Shown in pieces: positions 36,501-47,327 of a stretch of 64,000 bases of DNA. The first letter of the stretch is position 1. Each line of letters starts with the position of its first letter. A program made the position numbers and the translations under genes. Below the pieces are notes generated by a model. That model ran no database searches. It was given only the letters and a program-made list of their open reading frames with translations, and was not told the DNA's origin. This DNA is from Hypanus sabinus (taxonomy: Eukaryota), in assembly GCF_030144855.1 (NCBI RefSeq), contig NC_082738.1:13702001-13766000 (forward strand), read 5' to 3'.

Positions 36501-39500
36501 CCCAAGAACTGCCTAACCAAGCAGGAACTATTGCAAATATTAATAATGTAAATTGTTACCTGTCAGTATAAATAGTGTAACTAGTCATCTCCCGCTCTCC
36601 CTCTCAGGACTTGCACTGGCTAGATTTCCAACCCAAGGAGTTCTGCTTTGCCATTAGTTCTGGCAGTGGGATCACAATGGAGTTATAAAATAAAGACAGA
36701 ACCTGCTAAAAATACTCAGAAGTGAAGCTGCATCTGTGGGAAGAGAAACACAGCTAAAATTTCTGATTGAAGACCTGATTAATTTTCTTTCTTTTTCCAG
36801 ATGCTGTTTACCTGCTGAGTATTTCCAGCATTTTCCATTTTTTTCCAGATTTTGAGCGTCTGCAGTTGTTTTTTTTAAAATTTCCTTGATGGAATGGGGT
36901 CTTTTGGCTCAGATGAGACTTTCATCACCTGGTGTGGGATAGGTGTGCCAGCCACCAGTTGTGACTGCCTGGTAAAGGATGGGCACAATGACATGCATTG
37001 GGGTAACCTAGAGTACATCACCTCGTGCTTCCTAATGAATTACAGTGCAACTCATCCCCACTGGGGATTTCCTTGGAAACCAGGGTTAGATACAATAAAG
37101 TCCAGCTGGCTATTGACTGGCGGTTTAAACTGATGCTGGTCCTGAAGTCTATCAGTGTCATTTTCAAAAAGATAGTGAAGGCTTAAATGTGAGCTGTACC
37201 AAATTTGGGGTAGGGGAGCCTGCTAATACAGATAAAACACCTCTTATACATAGAGCTGTATGCCTAAGATTCTGATGCCTAAGAGGGCAATCTCTGCCTT
37301 TTAAGAAATTGGTGCCTGGTCTCCCTTCCTCAGCACAAATGACAAGATCTATGCCAGGACCCTGTTTGCCCATCTATGCTCTCACATGATCTAGCCTAAT
37401 TTGTCCTATCTGATCTTGTATTGATTCATTTATGATCTACTTATCCCAAAGCAATATGCTTCAGAAACCTTTGTTTCCCTTGACTAGGAAAAGGTGTTTG
37501 ACAAAGTAGATTGCAAACACCTTTTTGAGATTCTGTACAGATTCAGATTTGGGTTCCATTTTGTGGCCAGATTTGAATTCTGTATGCTGCTGCAGAGTGT
37601 CTATTTATAATTAACAGGTCCTTGATGGCACTTTCACTTTGGGAAGGATGCTTCAGATCTGGCTTACTCATCTGCATGGAAGCATTTCTATGCCTTCATT
37701 GGAAGAAGTTGATGAACTTGGCTTTAAAGGTGCTAGGCTTGAGGGTCATCCTCTCAGCTTACACCAGTGACATGCTCCTTATTGTCATATTTCTTGTTGA
37801 CTTGTAGAGGAATGGTGAGTACTTTTTGGCTGCATTTTTCAAGAAATATTCCTGATTCCTTGTATTCAGTGACTGATGCGCTCTATTTGCATGGAGCATC
37901 ATGCACCTTTAATTGGGAGTCTACCTGAGCCCTGCCAAGGGAGCGTAGCTGGCAAAATGGCAGGAGCTGGGAGCAAAAGTCACCACTTGGCTAGTGCTCT
38001 CTTACAGCATCTAAGTGCTGGTCATAAACTAGCTGGTCATGCTGTGTTATCAGTTGGTCACTTTGGTCTTGCCCCCCCCCCCCCCCCCTACTTTTGCTGC
38101 CAATTTTCAAAAGAAACTACTGATGTTTTTTCTGGGGAGAAAAAATACTGAGTCTCCTTCATTGTCTTGATATTCCTGATGGAGGAGGGAATGACTGTAC
38201 CCAGATTGTGATTCGTTGGATGCTGTAGAGATACTGCACATGGAGCATTGGTGACAGCATCCAGGGCCACTGCCTTCAGAACAATATGCACCTCCCATTG
38301 GCAAGCACTACCTATGCTTCCTCTGAGAAGCATCTTTTACCAGGACCTTGTCAGGGTCTGGGACAAGGTTTTATCCACTAACAATGCTCCCTCACTGATG
38401 AAAAGGTGCACTGTGGCTTTCAAAATGTCTGAAATATGGGGATAAACCTGACAGTGAAGGCGTTTCCATACAACACTAAAGCCACTGGTCAAAGCCTCTG
38501 GGACCCTTATCACTGTGGATGTCAAGTGATCTAAAGGGTGTGGGATGATCCTGTCTGAGCTGATCCCTGCTTCTCCTCAATTGCTCATTAGATCCAAATC
38601 CTTGGAATCAATCTCACACAATTTGAGGTATTTTTCAGAAATGCACTCTTTGTCATTCCACACCACACAATGGGGTTTCCTGAACAGGCTTTGTTGCATT
38701 TGTCCACTTCCTCACCCTCATCTGCTATCCAAACACATTGTGGTGGTCTGTCTTCCATCTGGCGATGACAGGGTCCCCAATACAAGTTTCTGCATTTGTG
38801 ATTCTTCCCTGTTTACACTGGGAACCTAGGCTAGAGAATGTTACATATAGGGTTATGCAACAGGTATTTTAATCTTCTTCACGGATACCAAGGCTACATA
38901 ATTACTGTTGCCTGCTGGAGTCAGTGTTCCATGTATATTTGGAATGTGTGAGATTGCAATTCCTCTTTGACGATCTAAAGGGGTTGCACTTCAGCCCCAA
39001 GCACCTGAACTTTGAACTCTGGGGTAGTGGTTATAGGTTGAGTGCTGAAAGTTGGTCAGGGGACCTTTTCATCAGTGTGCTCCTAGTTGTGGCCAAGGTG
39101 GCCATTCACAGATCCAGGCAACAGGCTGCCGGTGATTGCATCTGTGCTGACTACCTGCCCCTTGAGCACAAGATTTTTACTGGAAGTTATCCATGATAGG
39201 TGACCAAGAAGCAGAAAGGCTTGGATGTAATGGTTGTTTTAATTTTTTTTTGTTATTTTCAATAAAGTTCCTTTTAGAACAAATAAACCCCGAATTGCCT
39301 GGATGTTAAAGCCAAATAAACAGATTAAAAAGGAAAAAAAAAACAAGTTAAATAAAGAATCAAGCTTCTTCAATCTTAAAAAAGAAAATAAAACCTGGGT
39401 TGGATAAGGAGTTAAGTTCTGTACAATGTCTCAAGCACCAAAAGCAGATAGAGGAGAATGTAAAACTGGACAAACTGTAAAACCAGCATTGTACACAATC

Positions 39501-42500
39501 CAGCCAGTCCTAATGAATGGATTGGATTACAATTGCTTCCTCGATACATAAAGCCACTGGAGACGGTCAAGTTTATATTAATCACATACTGCTCTTTGAC
39601 AGCCACTGTAGAATAAACTTAAGGATTTCCACTTTGGTGTTGGCGCTAGTTGCAAACTCAGTGATTGCATTTATCAAGCACTCCCTGTCTTTTTTCTCAG
39701 AGGTGAAGGTGACATTTTGCACTTGGTGGTAGTCACATCTTGCGCTGTTCAGTGCAAAATTAATTTTGTCCAGAATGTCCTTTAAGCGGTCTGCAATTTC
39801 CTGTTGGAAAATATTATAAGGAGAAATCAAAATAAGGTAAATATTCAAGCAAATAGTTTCATAAATCTGGACTTTTTGTTTTGGGGTCTTTATTTGATGC
39901 TATTAAATTCTAAAGGCACATCACTTTCCTCATCCTATCCACATCTCTGCTGTTTAAAATGGAAAATAACTTAATTGTATTTCATTGAAGAATGACTTGC
40001 ATTTTCTATAGCTTTTATTGCTGCTGAAGGACTTTCAAATGAGTACTGTGCATACCTACTACTGGGGAAAAATGCTGCAACCAACAATAAGGTCCCATAG
40101 AACAATGAAATTGATGTTTAAGTCAGCAATGTTGCCAAGGCCATTATGTTGGAGTAATCTAATGCAATCATCATCATCCCAGCTCAATCCCACTAGTAGG
40201 ACCCTCTATTAATTAGAATCCCTAGCTCATTTCAGATGTACTCAATGACCATAGAGAACAATCTCTTTGTTTCATCGTGTCTTTACTAACTTGCAAGCTA
40301 GTCTGTTTAGGGACATAAGAAGTAGAAGCAGGAGTCAGCCATTTGGCTTGTCAAGCCTATTCCACCATTCAATAAGGTTTGGCTGTGAACTCAGCTACAC
40401 CTACCTACCTTTTCCTCATAACTCTTAATCCCTCTGCTGTGCAAAAATCTATCTAACTGTGTCTTAAATATATTTAATTAGGTAGCCTCTACTGCTTCGC
40501 TGGACAGAGAATTCCACAGATTCACTACTCACTGGCCAAACCAGTTTCTTTTCATCTCTGTCCTAAATCTATTCTCCAGAATCTTGAGGCTATGTCCCCT
40601 AGTTCTAGTCCCGCTTACTTGTAGAAACAACTTTCCTGCATCTATCTTATCTATACATTTCATAATGTTATATGTTTCTATAAGATCTCCTCTCATTCTT
40701 CTAAATTCTAGTGGGTATAGTCTCAGGCATCTCAATCTCTCCTCATTGACTAAACCCTTCATTTCCAGAATCAACCAGGCAAATCTCCTTTGCACCACCT
40801 CTAACGCCAGTCTATCTTTCTTCACGCGGATGACCTTGCATTTACCAACATTGTATTCTATCTGCCAAGCCTTTGCCCATTCACTTAACCTCCTGTATCT
40901 GTATCTCTCTGCATTCTTTGTGCAATTTGCTTTTCCTCTCAATTTAGTGTCATCAGCAAACTTAGATATGCCACACCCAGTCCCCTCTTCCAAATCATTA
41001 ATGAATATTGTGAACAGTTACAGACCCAGCACTGAGCCCTGTAGCACTCCAATCACCATTGACTGCCAACCAGAGCAACACCCATATATCCCAACTCTCT
41101 GCCTTTTCAAGTTCAAGTTTGTCATTCAAGCGTACACATGTATTCAGTCAAACAAAAATGTTCCTGTGGGACCAAGGTGCAAAACTCAGTACATATATCA
41201 CATTCAGCACATAAAATAATATTAATGCAATAATATTAACAGATAATCAAAAAATCTGTAGATATATAAATTGACATAAGGTGCATATACGACACATGTA
41301 GTTAAAGGAACAACAGTAGAATGCTACTGGTGCTGTACAGGGAGGCAGCAGCGTGTTCAGAAGTCTCACAGCCTGGGGGAAGAAGCTGTTACCCTGCCTA
41401 ACAGTCCTTGTTCTTATACTGTGGTACCTTCTGCCTGATGGTAGGAGGTCAGAGAGATTGTGGCATGGATGGGAGTGATCCTTAACAATGCTAAGGGCTC
41501 TGCGAATGCAGTGCTTCTGGTATATGTCTTGGATGGGGTGGAGAGAGACCCCGAGGATTCTCTCAGGAGTCCCCACAAGCTGTTGCAAGGTCTTGCTGTC
41601 AGATGCCTTGCAATCCCCGTACTGCCAGACGGTGATACAGCTGGTCAGGACACTCTTGATGGTGCTCCGGTAGAATGTGGTTAGAAGAGTGGGGGGGGGG
41701 GGGGGTCGGGGAGTAGGGAGCCTCAGTCGCCTCAATCTCCTCAGGAAGAGGAGATGCAGCTGTGCTTTCTTGACTAAAGAGATGGTGTTGAGGGACCAGG
41801 TGAGATCATCTGTGATGTGCACTCCAAGAAACTTGGTGCTCCTGACTCTCTCCATGGAGTAGCTATTGATGTGCAATAGGGAATAGTCAGCCCGCACCTT
41901 CCTGAAGTCCACAATTATGTCTTTAGTCTTGTCCATGTTGACACTCAAGTCATTGTGTTCATATGAATCCACAAGCCACTCTACCTCCTCTCTGTATGCC
42001 GACTCATCATTGTTGCAATGAGGCCAACCACTGTTGTGTCATCAACAAACTTAATAACGTGGTTAGAGCTGGATCCAGCAGTACAGTCATACATCAGCAT
42101 TGTGAACAACAGTGGGCTGAGTATGCAGCCCTGTGGGACGCCAGTGCTGAACATGATAGAGCTAGAAATTATGTTGCTAACATGGTTCTACTATTTAACC
42201 AATCATCAATACAAGCTAATATATTACCCCCAACTCTATGAATGCTTATCTTATGGATAAGTCTTTTGTGCACCACTTTATCAAATGCCTTCTGGAAGTC
42301 CAAGTATACAACATCCATCTGTTGCCCTCTATCCACTACTCTTATTGGTTCCTTAAGGTTGTCATAGCCAGGGTGGGTGGGTGGGAGGGGGGTTAGTGGG
42401 GTTAAGCTCCCACAACCTATTAAATGTTCCCAACCAAGTCCAGCTCCTGGTCTTCACATGTAGCTTAACTACTAAGCCCAGCAAACCATTTCTACTGACA

Positions 42501-44532
42501 GGTAAAGGGGCAAAGGCAGGTTACTAGCCCCTTAAAACGAATCACTTCAGGCAGTTGGGGCTCATCAGCCGTGGTTGGCAGCTTATCTAGGAGAAGGAAA
42601 ACTCTGATCTCAAACCTCTGCTACCTTGCAGTTATACCCACTCATGGGAAGGGTTTGAGATTAAACCCCGAGGGAAAAATCCAGAGCTGAGTCCCTAAGA
42701 CAGTCCTACATTGAGTTCTGTGCTGACTGGCAACTCCTGCAATACCGTTGGTGCTAAATTGTACACGTCTCAGCCGTTCCTTTGGATTCATCAGTTGTGT
42801 GGAGAGGGGAAGCTTGCTACATGGGCAACAGCTTGGTCTCCGTGTCGTACTGCATATAACAGCCAGAATGCAACGCCAATGGTCAGTCCCAACCAATGGA
42901 GGGCCTCAGCAACTGCTCTTGTTATATTCTCAAAGAACTCCAGTAAGTTTGTCAAACAGATGCCCTTCCTGAATCCATGTTGTCTTCCTGATGGAATTAT
43001 TTCTATCCAGATATCTCACTATTTCTTCCTTAACAATAACTTCAAGCATTTATCCAACCACAGACATTAAGCTAACTGGCCTATATTACCCACCTTTTGC
43101 CTGCATTATCTTTTTAAACAGTGGCATTACATTGACTATCTTCCAATCTGCCGCGACCTACCCAGAGTCCAGAAAATTTTGGGAAATTATTACAAACACA
43201 TCTACTGTAACTTCTGCCATTTTTCTCAGTACTCTGGGATGTATTTCATCAGGACCAAGGAACTTGTCTACCTTTAAGCCCACTTGATTGCTCATTGCTA
43301 CCTCTTTTGTGACAGCAATAGTATTGAGGTCTGCATCTCCCAATGCATCCATAACATCTCTTTTTGGCATGTTAGACGTGTCCTCCACCGAGAAGACTAA
43401 TTGTCATTCAAGGCCTCAGCCATTTCCAATTACCTAATATTAATTCTCCCTTCTCATCTTCCAAGGGACCTACATTCACATCAACATTCTTTTTTGTTTT
43501 ATATAATTATAAAAAAATTACTACTTGGGCTTCAGTGTTATCACACACCCTCCCCACACAATGACCTATAGTGTTCAATACAGCATTACAGTAAGAGAGA
43601 TCTAATCTTAAAGTGTTTTAATTAAAATGCTCTATATTCTATAATTTTCCCAGTAAATTTGAATTAAAGCCTTTGTTGTCAATAAGGTATGCTTTTATTT
43701 TATCTTTTCTGTTGAAATGGGGTGAGTAATGAAGATAGCAGAAGGAATTAAACTGGTTACTAGAAATAAACTGGTAGGTCAGCCAGCCTCTGAAAAGAGA
43801 AACAATGGATGAAAGATGATTGACCTGAAACTTTAACTCTGCTGCTTCAGATGTCGCATTTCCAGCATTTTCTGTTTTAAGTTCAGATTTCCACCATCTG
43901 TTGCATTTTGCTTTCGGAGTAACACAGGTAAATTGATGGAGGCGAGGGTGAAGGTAGGAATGATTCAGAGAAACGCCAAATGATGTGGATTGATAAAAGC
44001 GAAACTGTCCAAAATACGAGTCTTCCTGACTCCTGCCCATATACTACCAGACAGACAACCACGAGGAGGGCTCAGGAGCGCCCGCCCCGGTGGGACGTCT
44101 TCAGTAAATAAACTCATTAGTGTCCAAGAACCGCTGAGCAGTTAAAGGCTAAATAAATTGACCCACATTTTCGGACTTAATGGTTTTGGTGCTGTTTCAA
44201 ATGCTACTTTGCTGTTGGCTCTTGGAGCTGGAATTATTGCTGAAAACCGTTCTTCCCTTCAGCGCTTAGCTGTTTAACCGAAAACAAATATTAACGAAGG
44301 TGTACAGCGTCCACCCAAGTATCATCCTTTTATCTTTGGGGTAACTGTTGTGATTTTTAAAAAAATGTTTTATTTTCTCTTGAAAACTGATCATATTTCC
44401 CATCAATATTTTTACCTGTCTTGCTCTAGCCAGCTGCGCAGCCTCGATTTTTCCTATAATCCGTTGGACTGATGTGGAGAGCTCGCAAACACTTCCCTTG
44501 GGCGCCAGGAGTGTCCCCTCGCTGTTGTCCAT
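18487..44532 (-). CDS. FAM186A: FAM186-family (FAM186A/B-like) coiled-coil protein; 8 coding exons, 2928 nt including stop, 975 aa
   Basis: Exons 44532-44416, 39800-39590, 33162-32968, 29152-27268, 24326-24137, 23501-23323, 22579-22466, 18523-18487. All introns are GT-AG with matching phases (0,1,1,2,0,2,2) and the joined frame is open. N-terminal SVQRIIGKIEAAQLARARQEIADRLKDILD and C-terminal LRLAYLFRKY / IQHWDTRQ / LWSTNIV...PKLVTMD match recalled FAM186 motifs. A versus B orthology is unresolved. Confidence 0.85.
18896..21722 (+). mobile_element. HERO-type non-LTR retrotransposon (RT plus restriction-like endonuclease), degraded and internally deleted
   Basis: N-terminal LKIHQGRMKC; RT entry SAPGPNGVP and INLLNVEGKIFF; C-terminal CPVC-x7-H-x4-C knuckle and RPDLVLW...ELTVPW...AYEWKHVRY endonuclease motif. 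Most of the RT core is missing near 20065. Confidence 0.85.
21731..22093 (+). mobile_element. Rex1/Babar LINE 3' end (young subfamily)
   Basis: HPGHALFSLLPSG...NSFFPSAI; tail (ctgatt)n; highly similar to the reverse complement of 49328-49690. Confidence 0.88.
22466..22579 (-). CDS. FAM186A: FAM186-like exon 7 (NSHLWSTNIVDGSVPIAKKDP...PKLVTMD)
   Basis: Acceptor ctttgtcag|, donor GG|GTAAGA; 114 nt, phase 2 to 2. Confidence 0.82.
23323..23501 (-). CDS. FAM186A: FAM186-like exon 6 (LKHHTGLLLLNP...STLLRM)
   Basis: Acceptor poly-T then aag|, donor GAG|GTAGGA; 179 nt, phase 0 to 2. Confidence 0.8.
23804..23970. mobile_element. Fold-back Penelope-derived short element with a degenerate hammerhead motif
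   Basis: Direct repeat cagaatttctct(g/a)ta at 23789-23803 and 23971-23985; internal inverted arms of about 41 bp spanning 23879-23968. Confidence 0.8.
24137..24326 (-). CDS. FAM186A: FAM186-like exon 5 (KYLNSRIL...IQHWDTRQ...LFNQ)
   Basis: Acceptor tttctctcaag|, donor CAG|GTAGGT; 190 nt, phase 2 to 0. Confidence 0.88.
26114..26290 (-). pseudogene. Diverged duplicate of part of FAM186-like exon 4 (source 28314-28491) in intron 4
   Basis: Core of about 83 bp aligns with about 11 differences; 1-bp deletion and AAA to TAA in the coding frame. Confidence 0.85.
26319..26779. mobile_element. Tc1-like MITE with doubled terminal repeats and TA TSD
   Basis: TA|cagtactatacaaaaggtttaggca ... tgccaaagacttttgcatagtactg|TA, with inner inverted copies near 26360-26384 and 26715-26745. 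Confidence 0.8.
27002..27134 (-). mobile_element. 133-bp Penelope-derived short insert carrying a hammerhead ribozyme motif
   Basis: Perfect 11-bp TSD agaaccttgtt (26991-27001 and 27135-27145). Confidence 0.85.
27099..27132 (-). ncRNA. Minimal type I hammerhead ribozyme motif (Penelope-type)
   Basis: Minus strand reads GUC-CUGACGA-A-GGGU(CUUG)GCCC-GAAACGUC-GAC: complete core, 4-bp stem II, palindromic ACGU stem III, 3-bp stem I. Activity untested. Confidence 0.72.
27268..29152 (-). CDS. FAM186A: FAM186-like exon 4 (large coiled-coil exon)
   Basis: 1885-nt open exon covering the 607-aa ORF in the track; acceptor tttgcag|, donor AG|GTAGAC; phase 1 to 2. Confidence 0.93.
29733..30532 (+). mobile_element. 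Non-autonomous retroposon/SINE-like repeat
   Basis: GC-richer block with a caaggtggtgcta head and a LINE-type tail tctgacataaaatatacttttgaaacctttg; no credible ORF. Confidence 0.55.
32968..33162 (-). CDS. FAM186A: FAM186-like exon 3 (QILIEEEEMEDD...EWIEE...LLKSTSK)
   Basis: Acceptor ctgaacag|, donor AAG|GTAAAT; 195 nt, phase 1 to 1. Confidence 0.88.
33430..33665. repeat. Degenerate minisatellite (unit about 55-70 bp, ttagatacagagtaaagctccctctacactgtc...)
   Basis: Four decayed units here and about three more at 35240-35430. Confidence 0.65.
33750..35225 (+). mobile_element. CR1 LINE with a large internal deletion (APE endonuclease region joined to the 3' end)
   Basis: GNFNFPNIDW...PTRGEAVLDLVL...SDHNSI; NPKAFYKYV; abrupt jump at about 34840 to the RRMRGDL 3' region and tail. 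Confidence 0.9.
35808..36092 (-). mobile_element. SINE (tRNA-head, V-SINE-like), antisense
   Basis: (ttta)n tail; gtatgtctttggac...aaactgga core; head ...gctaactgctacac. Confidence 0.65.
36100..39270 (+). mobile_element. Highly degraded L1/Tx1-clade LINE
   Basis: Relics LD*EKVFDKVD (about 37480), LSAYTSD (YADD region, about 37755) and VFHVYLECVRL...AKVAIHRSR (38924-39120); aataaa at about 39261. 5' boundary uncertain. Confidence 0.65.
39590..39800 (-). CDS. FAM186A: FAM186-like exon 2 (EIADRLKDILD...ILQWLSKS)
   Basis: Acceptor ttccaacag|, donor A|GTATGT; 211 nt, phase 0 to 1. Confidence 0.88.
41106..42185 (-). mobile_element. Rex1/Babar LINE 3' fragment nested in CR1
   Basis: ORF 41247-41972 contains KTKDIIVDFRK...KFLGVHI...SGRRY...NSFFPQAVRLLN; (cttgaa)n tail. 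Confidence 0.88.
42355..42908 (+). mobile_element. RTE-related SINE-like element nested in CR1
   Basis: Contains ggagaaggaaaactctga...aaacccc...gagtccctaag; its 3' half recurs at 61535-61813 with the same end, aatggagggcctca. Confidence 0.6.
44416..44532 (-). CDS. FAM186A: FAM186-like exon 1 (MDNSEG...AQLARARQ)
   Basis: ATG at 44532, 39 codons, donor CAG|GTAAAA, phase 0. Confidence 0.85.
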
Positions 44533-45900
44533 GGAGTAAACTTTGATGCAGCTAATAGAGGACAACAATCGCCGTACAGAAAATGCAGTGTACGTTCGTT
44601 GACTTTTGCCTAACAGTGAACGTGAGGATGTGCCGATACCACAATCGATGTGTTTATACCTTCAACCACGTGTCATGAATGAATGATTGTTTACCTGTGT
44701 TAACGGGAGGGTTGGCCAGAAATTGACGTGACGTTCGGCGGTATAGATTTCACGGATGACGTGAGCTTTGGAGCAGCGGAGGCTGAGGGGAGATCTGATA
44801 GAGGTTTATAAGATTATGTGAGGCATGGTTAGAATAGACAGGATTTTTTTCCCAGGGTAGAAATGTCTAATATCAGAGGGGATGTACTGAATGTGAGAGA
44901 GGCTAGGTTCAAAAGGGGTGTGAGGGTAAGCTTTTTTACTCAGAGAGTGGCGGATGATGGAATGCGCTGCCTGGTGTGGTGGTAGAGGCAAATACATTAG
45001 AGATTTTTAAGAGACGTTTAGATAGGCACATGAATGTGAGGAAGATGGAGGGATTAGTTTTCGGCACAACATTGTTCCTGTGCTGTACTGTTCTACGAAG
45101 CTAACATGGGCAGTTTTTATTTAAGGTAATTGAAACGTTAGCTGTTTCTTTCTCCACATTGCTGCCGAGCTGCAGCATTTTCTGCTTTTACTTCAGATTT
45201 TCAATATTTGAAGGTTTTGGTTTTTATTCTACTGTTCTTTTCCCTGCTGCTGAAAAAGTGCCCAAATATCACGGGCATCCAGATAAAGGTGGCGTACCAC
45301 AACTCCCAGACCGCATTTGGGCGCTTTGAGGCAGGCGCTCTGGTTATCCGGGTGACGTGACAGCACGTCAATAAATAGCGGCGCTGAGGACAACTGAGCC
45401 CATTGTTACGTAGTAGCGGTACCGAGGAGGGGCTGCGGCAAGTCAGTTTTGCTAACAGTTTTTACTGGCCCCTCTGATATGCGCCAGCGCTCTATCTTCA
45501 GGCCAGCAACTGTCTACATCTTATTGATGAGATTAATCGTAAATATCTGCACCGGTTTAAAAAAAGAGCACTTTAATTAACACGGATCTCTTTGGAAAAG
45601 GGGTTGTATATATATTCTCTAACGACTCCTCTGGAGAAAAAGACTCGCCCAGTCAAGCGCCATTTAAATCCCCGTACAACTCTAAGTAGGAAGGCAATTG
45701 ACGATTGTAATCTACACTTAAGGTAGGGAAATTTATTTTCGCTTTTGAATGGTTATTAGCCCGTTATGATAGGGGTATATGATAGCACTCTATATTTTTT
45801 ATGTTTAATGGTCGGGTGGGCTTGACACTGCTTGTGATGCGGTTTCCGGGATAGTCGCCGGTAAATTGTCGTTAGAGCCAGTGATGAGTTGATGCATTAG
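44533..45900. promoter_or_regulatory. CpG-rich divergent promoter between the FAM186-like gene and an unidentified plus-strand gene
   Basis: TGACGT(G) CRE-like sites at 44724, 44729, 44757, 45353 and 45364 (reverse); ZNF143/SBS-like accacaactcccagaccgc at 45296-45314; candidate plus-strand donor AAG|GTAGGG after 45722. Confidence 0.65.
44768..45097 (+). mobile_element. CR1 3' fragment inserted in the promoter region
   Basis: ggagcagcggaggctgaggggagatctgatagaggtttataag...tgtgctgtactgttcta. Confidence 0.85.
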
Positions 45901-47327
45901 GTTATTTTAAATGCCACCACCTTATTGCTCCATTATTTAGCTTCTTGCAATGGCATTGACCATTCACTCAGTAGTTAGCCAAGTCTTTAAATCTAATTCT
46001 TTCATAGTTGCAGTTATTTTTAAAGTCAGCTGCAGTGTACTGCGTGCATTCTTCTGGTGATAGCTGGTGAAACAGAATATATGTTTGCTAACTTGCTGTT
46101 CTTATTGAACCTCTACATATCTCTATTATACATTTCTCTGTATTAAGTATCACTTTTTGTTCTGCCTCGATTGAAATTTACACTGATCCAATCTTTTAAT
46201 GTAAGTTCACTAATAGTTAATTTGGTAAAATGTAAATATTAAGGTGCTGTGGTGCTTTAAATGTATTATTGCCCACTGTGTGAATTAGATGGTTCTGCTC
46301 ATGTTATAGATAAATTATGTATTTGAAGTATTAAGGAAATGTAATGGGAAGTATACTATGACACCACTGATAATTTCCGGGTTTGGTTTTATAATTTCTG
46401 TTCAAATGCTACTCATGCCTATTTGGCAATACTTAATTTTAATCTATGATCCTATTAAAGCTATTGCTAAAATGTCTGTAAGCTTTAACAGGAAGCCTGC
46501 AAAGAAACAACAACTTGCATTTAGGTGGTGCCTTTTGTCATAAAATGTCAAGAGCAGCTTCATATACATAAGCAAGTTCAAAAAAATTGTCACTGTGCCA
46601 CAAGAAATTAAGACCTAGATTTGGGGGGGGGGAGTTTTTAAGGAGTGTATTGAAGATAGAGGGAAAACAGTTGCATGTGAATGCTGGAGGAACTCAGCAA
46701 GTGAGGCAGCATCTATGAATATCCTTCAAAGTTCTTCCAGCATGTTGTGTGTGCTGCTCAAGATTTCCAGTGTCTGCAGAATCTTTCATGTTTATCTTTT
46801 GAATTGTATCTCAGTGATGCTAGCAAAAGAACAGTTCAAGGTTGTACATTTCAACTGCTTGTGAATACAATGGACGGAGGGAAAAAAGTCTTTTGCCACT
46901 TGAACAATGGATGTGATGATTAGATGAGGTTAAAGCAGTACATTGTTGATATGGCAAGGTAGCACACTGCTAGTGGGTACAAATAATTTTGGCTTGACAT
47001 TTTTCCCTGTGCCACACTTGAATGCAGAGATACAGCCTTTTCCCAGAAGGAAAGATGACTCAGACACCTTTTGAAACCTTTGGTGAACACATGCAATGTT
47101 GAGAAAAGGCAGCTTTCCAAAATAATACGATTGAACCTTTCTAATACAGGGAACCAAGGCAGATGGTACTGTTTTCACCAGATTACATGCAAAGAGAAAA
47201 TTTGTGTTCAATTATTAATCCATTTTTGTAACTTGCTAACTTAAAGGATTAATGGTGCCTCAACTTGCATTATTGCTTATTTTGTCTATTAAATGTCATT
47301 GAGAGGCAGGAGAAAAATAATTCATTC

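Larger units (their letters stand above)
40313..43520 (-). mobile_element. CR1 LINE split into three pieces (40313-41105, about 42186-42352, about 42910-43520) by two later insertions
   Basis: ISKFADDTKL, DFQKAFDK and GPDEIHPRVL motifs are collinear on the minus strand. Confidence 0.85.
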
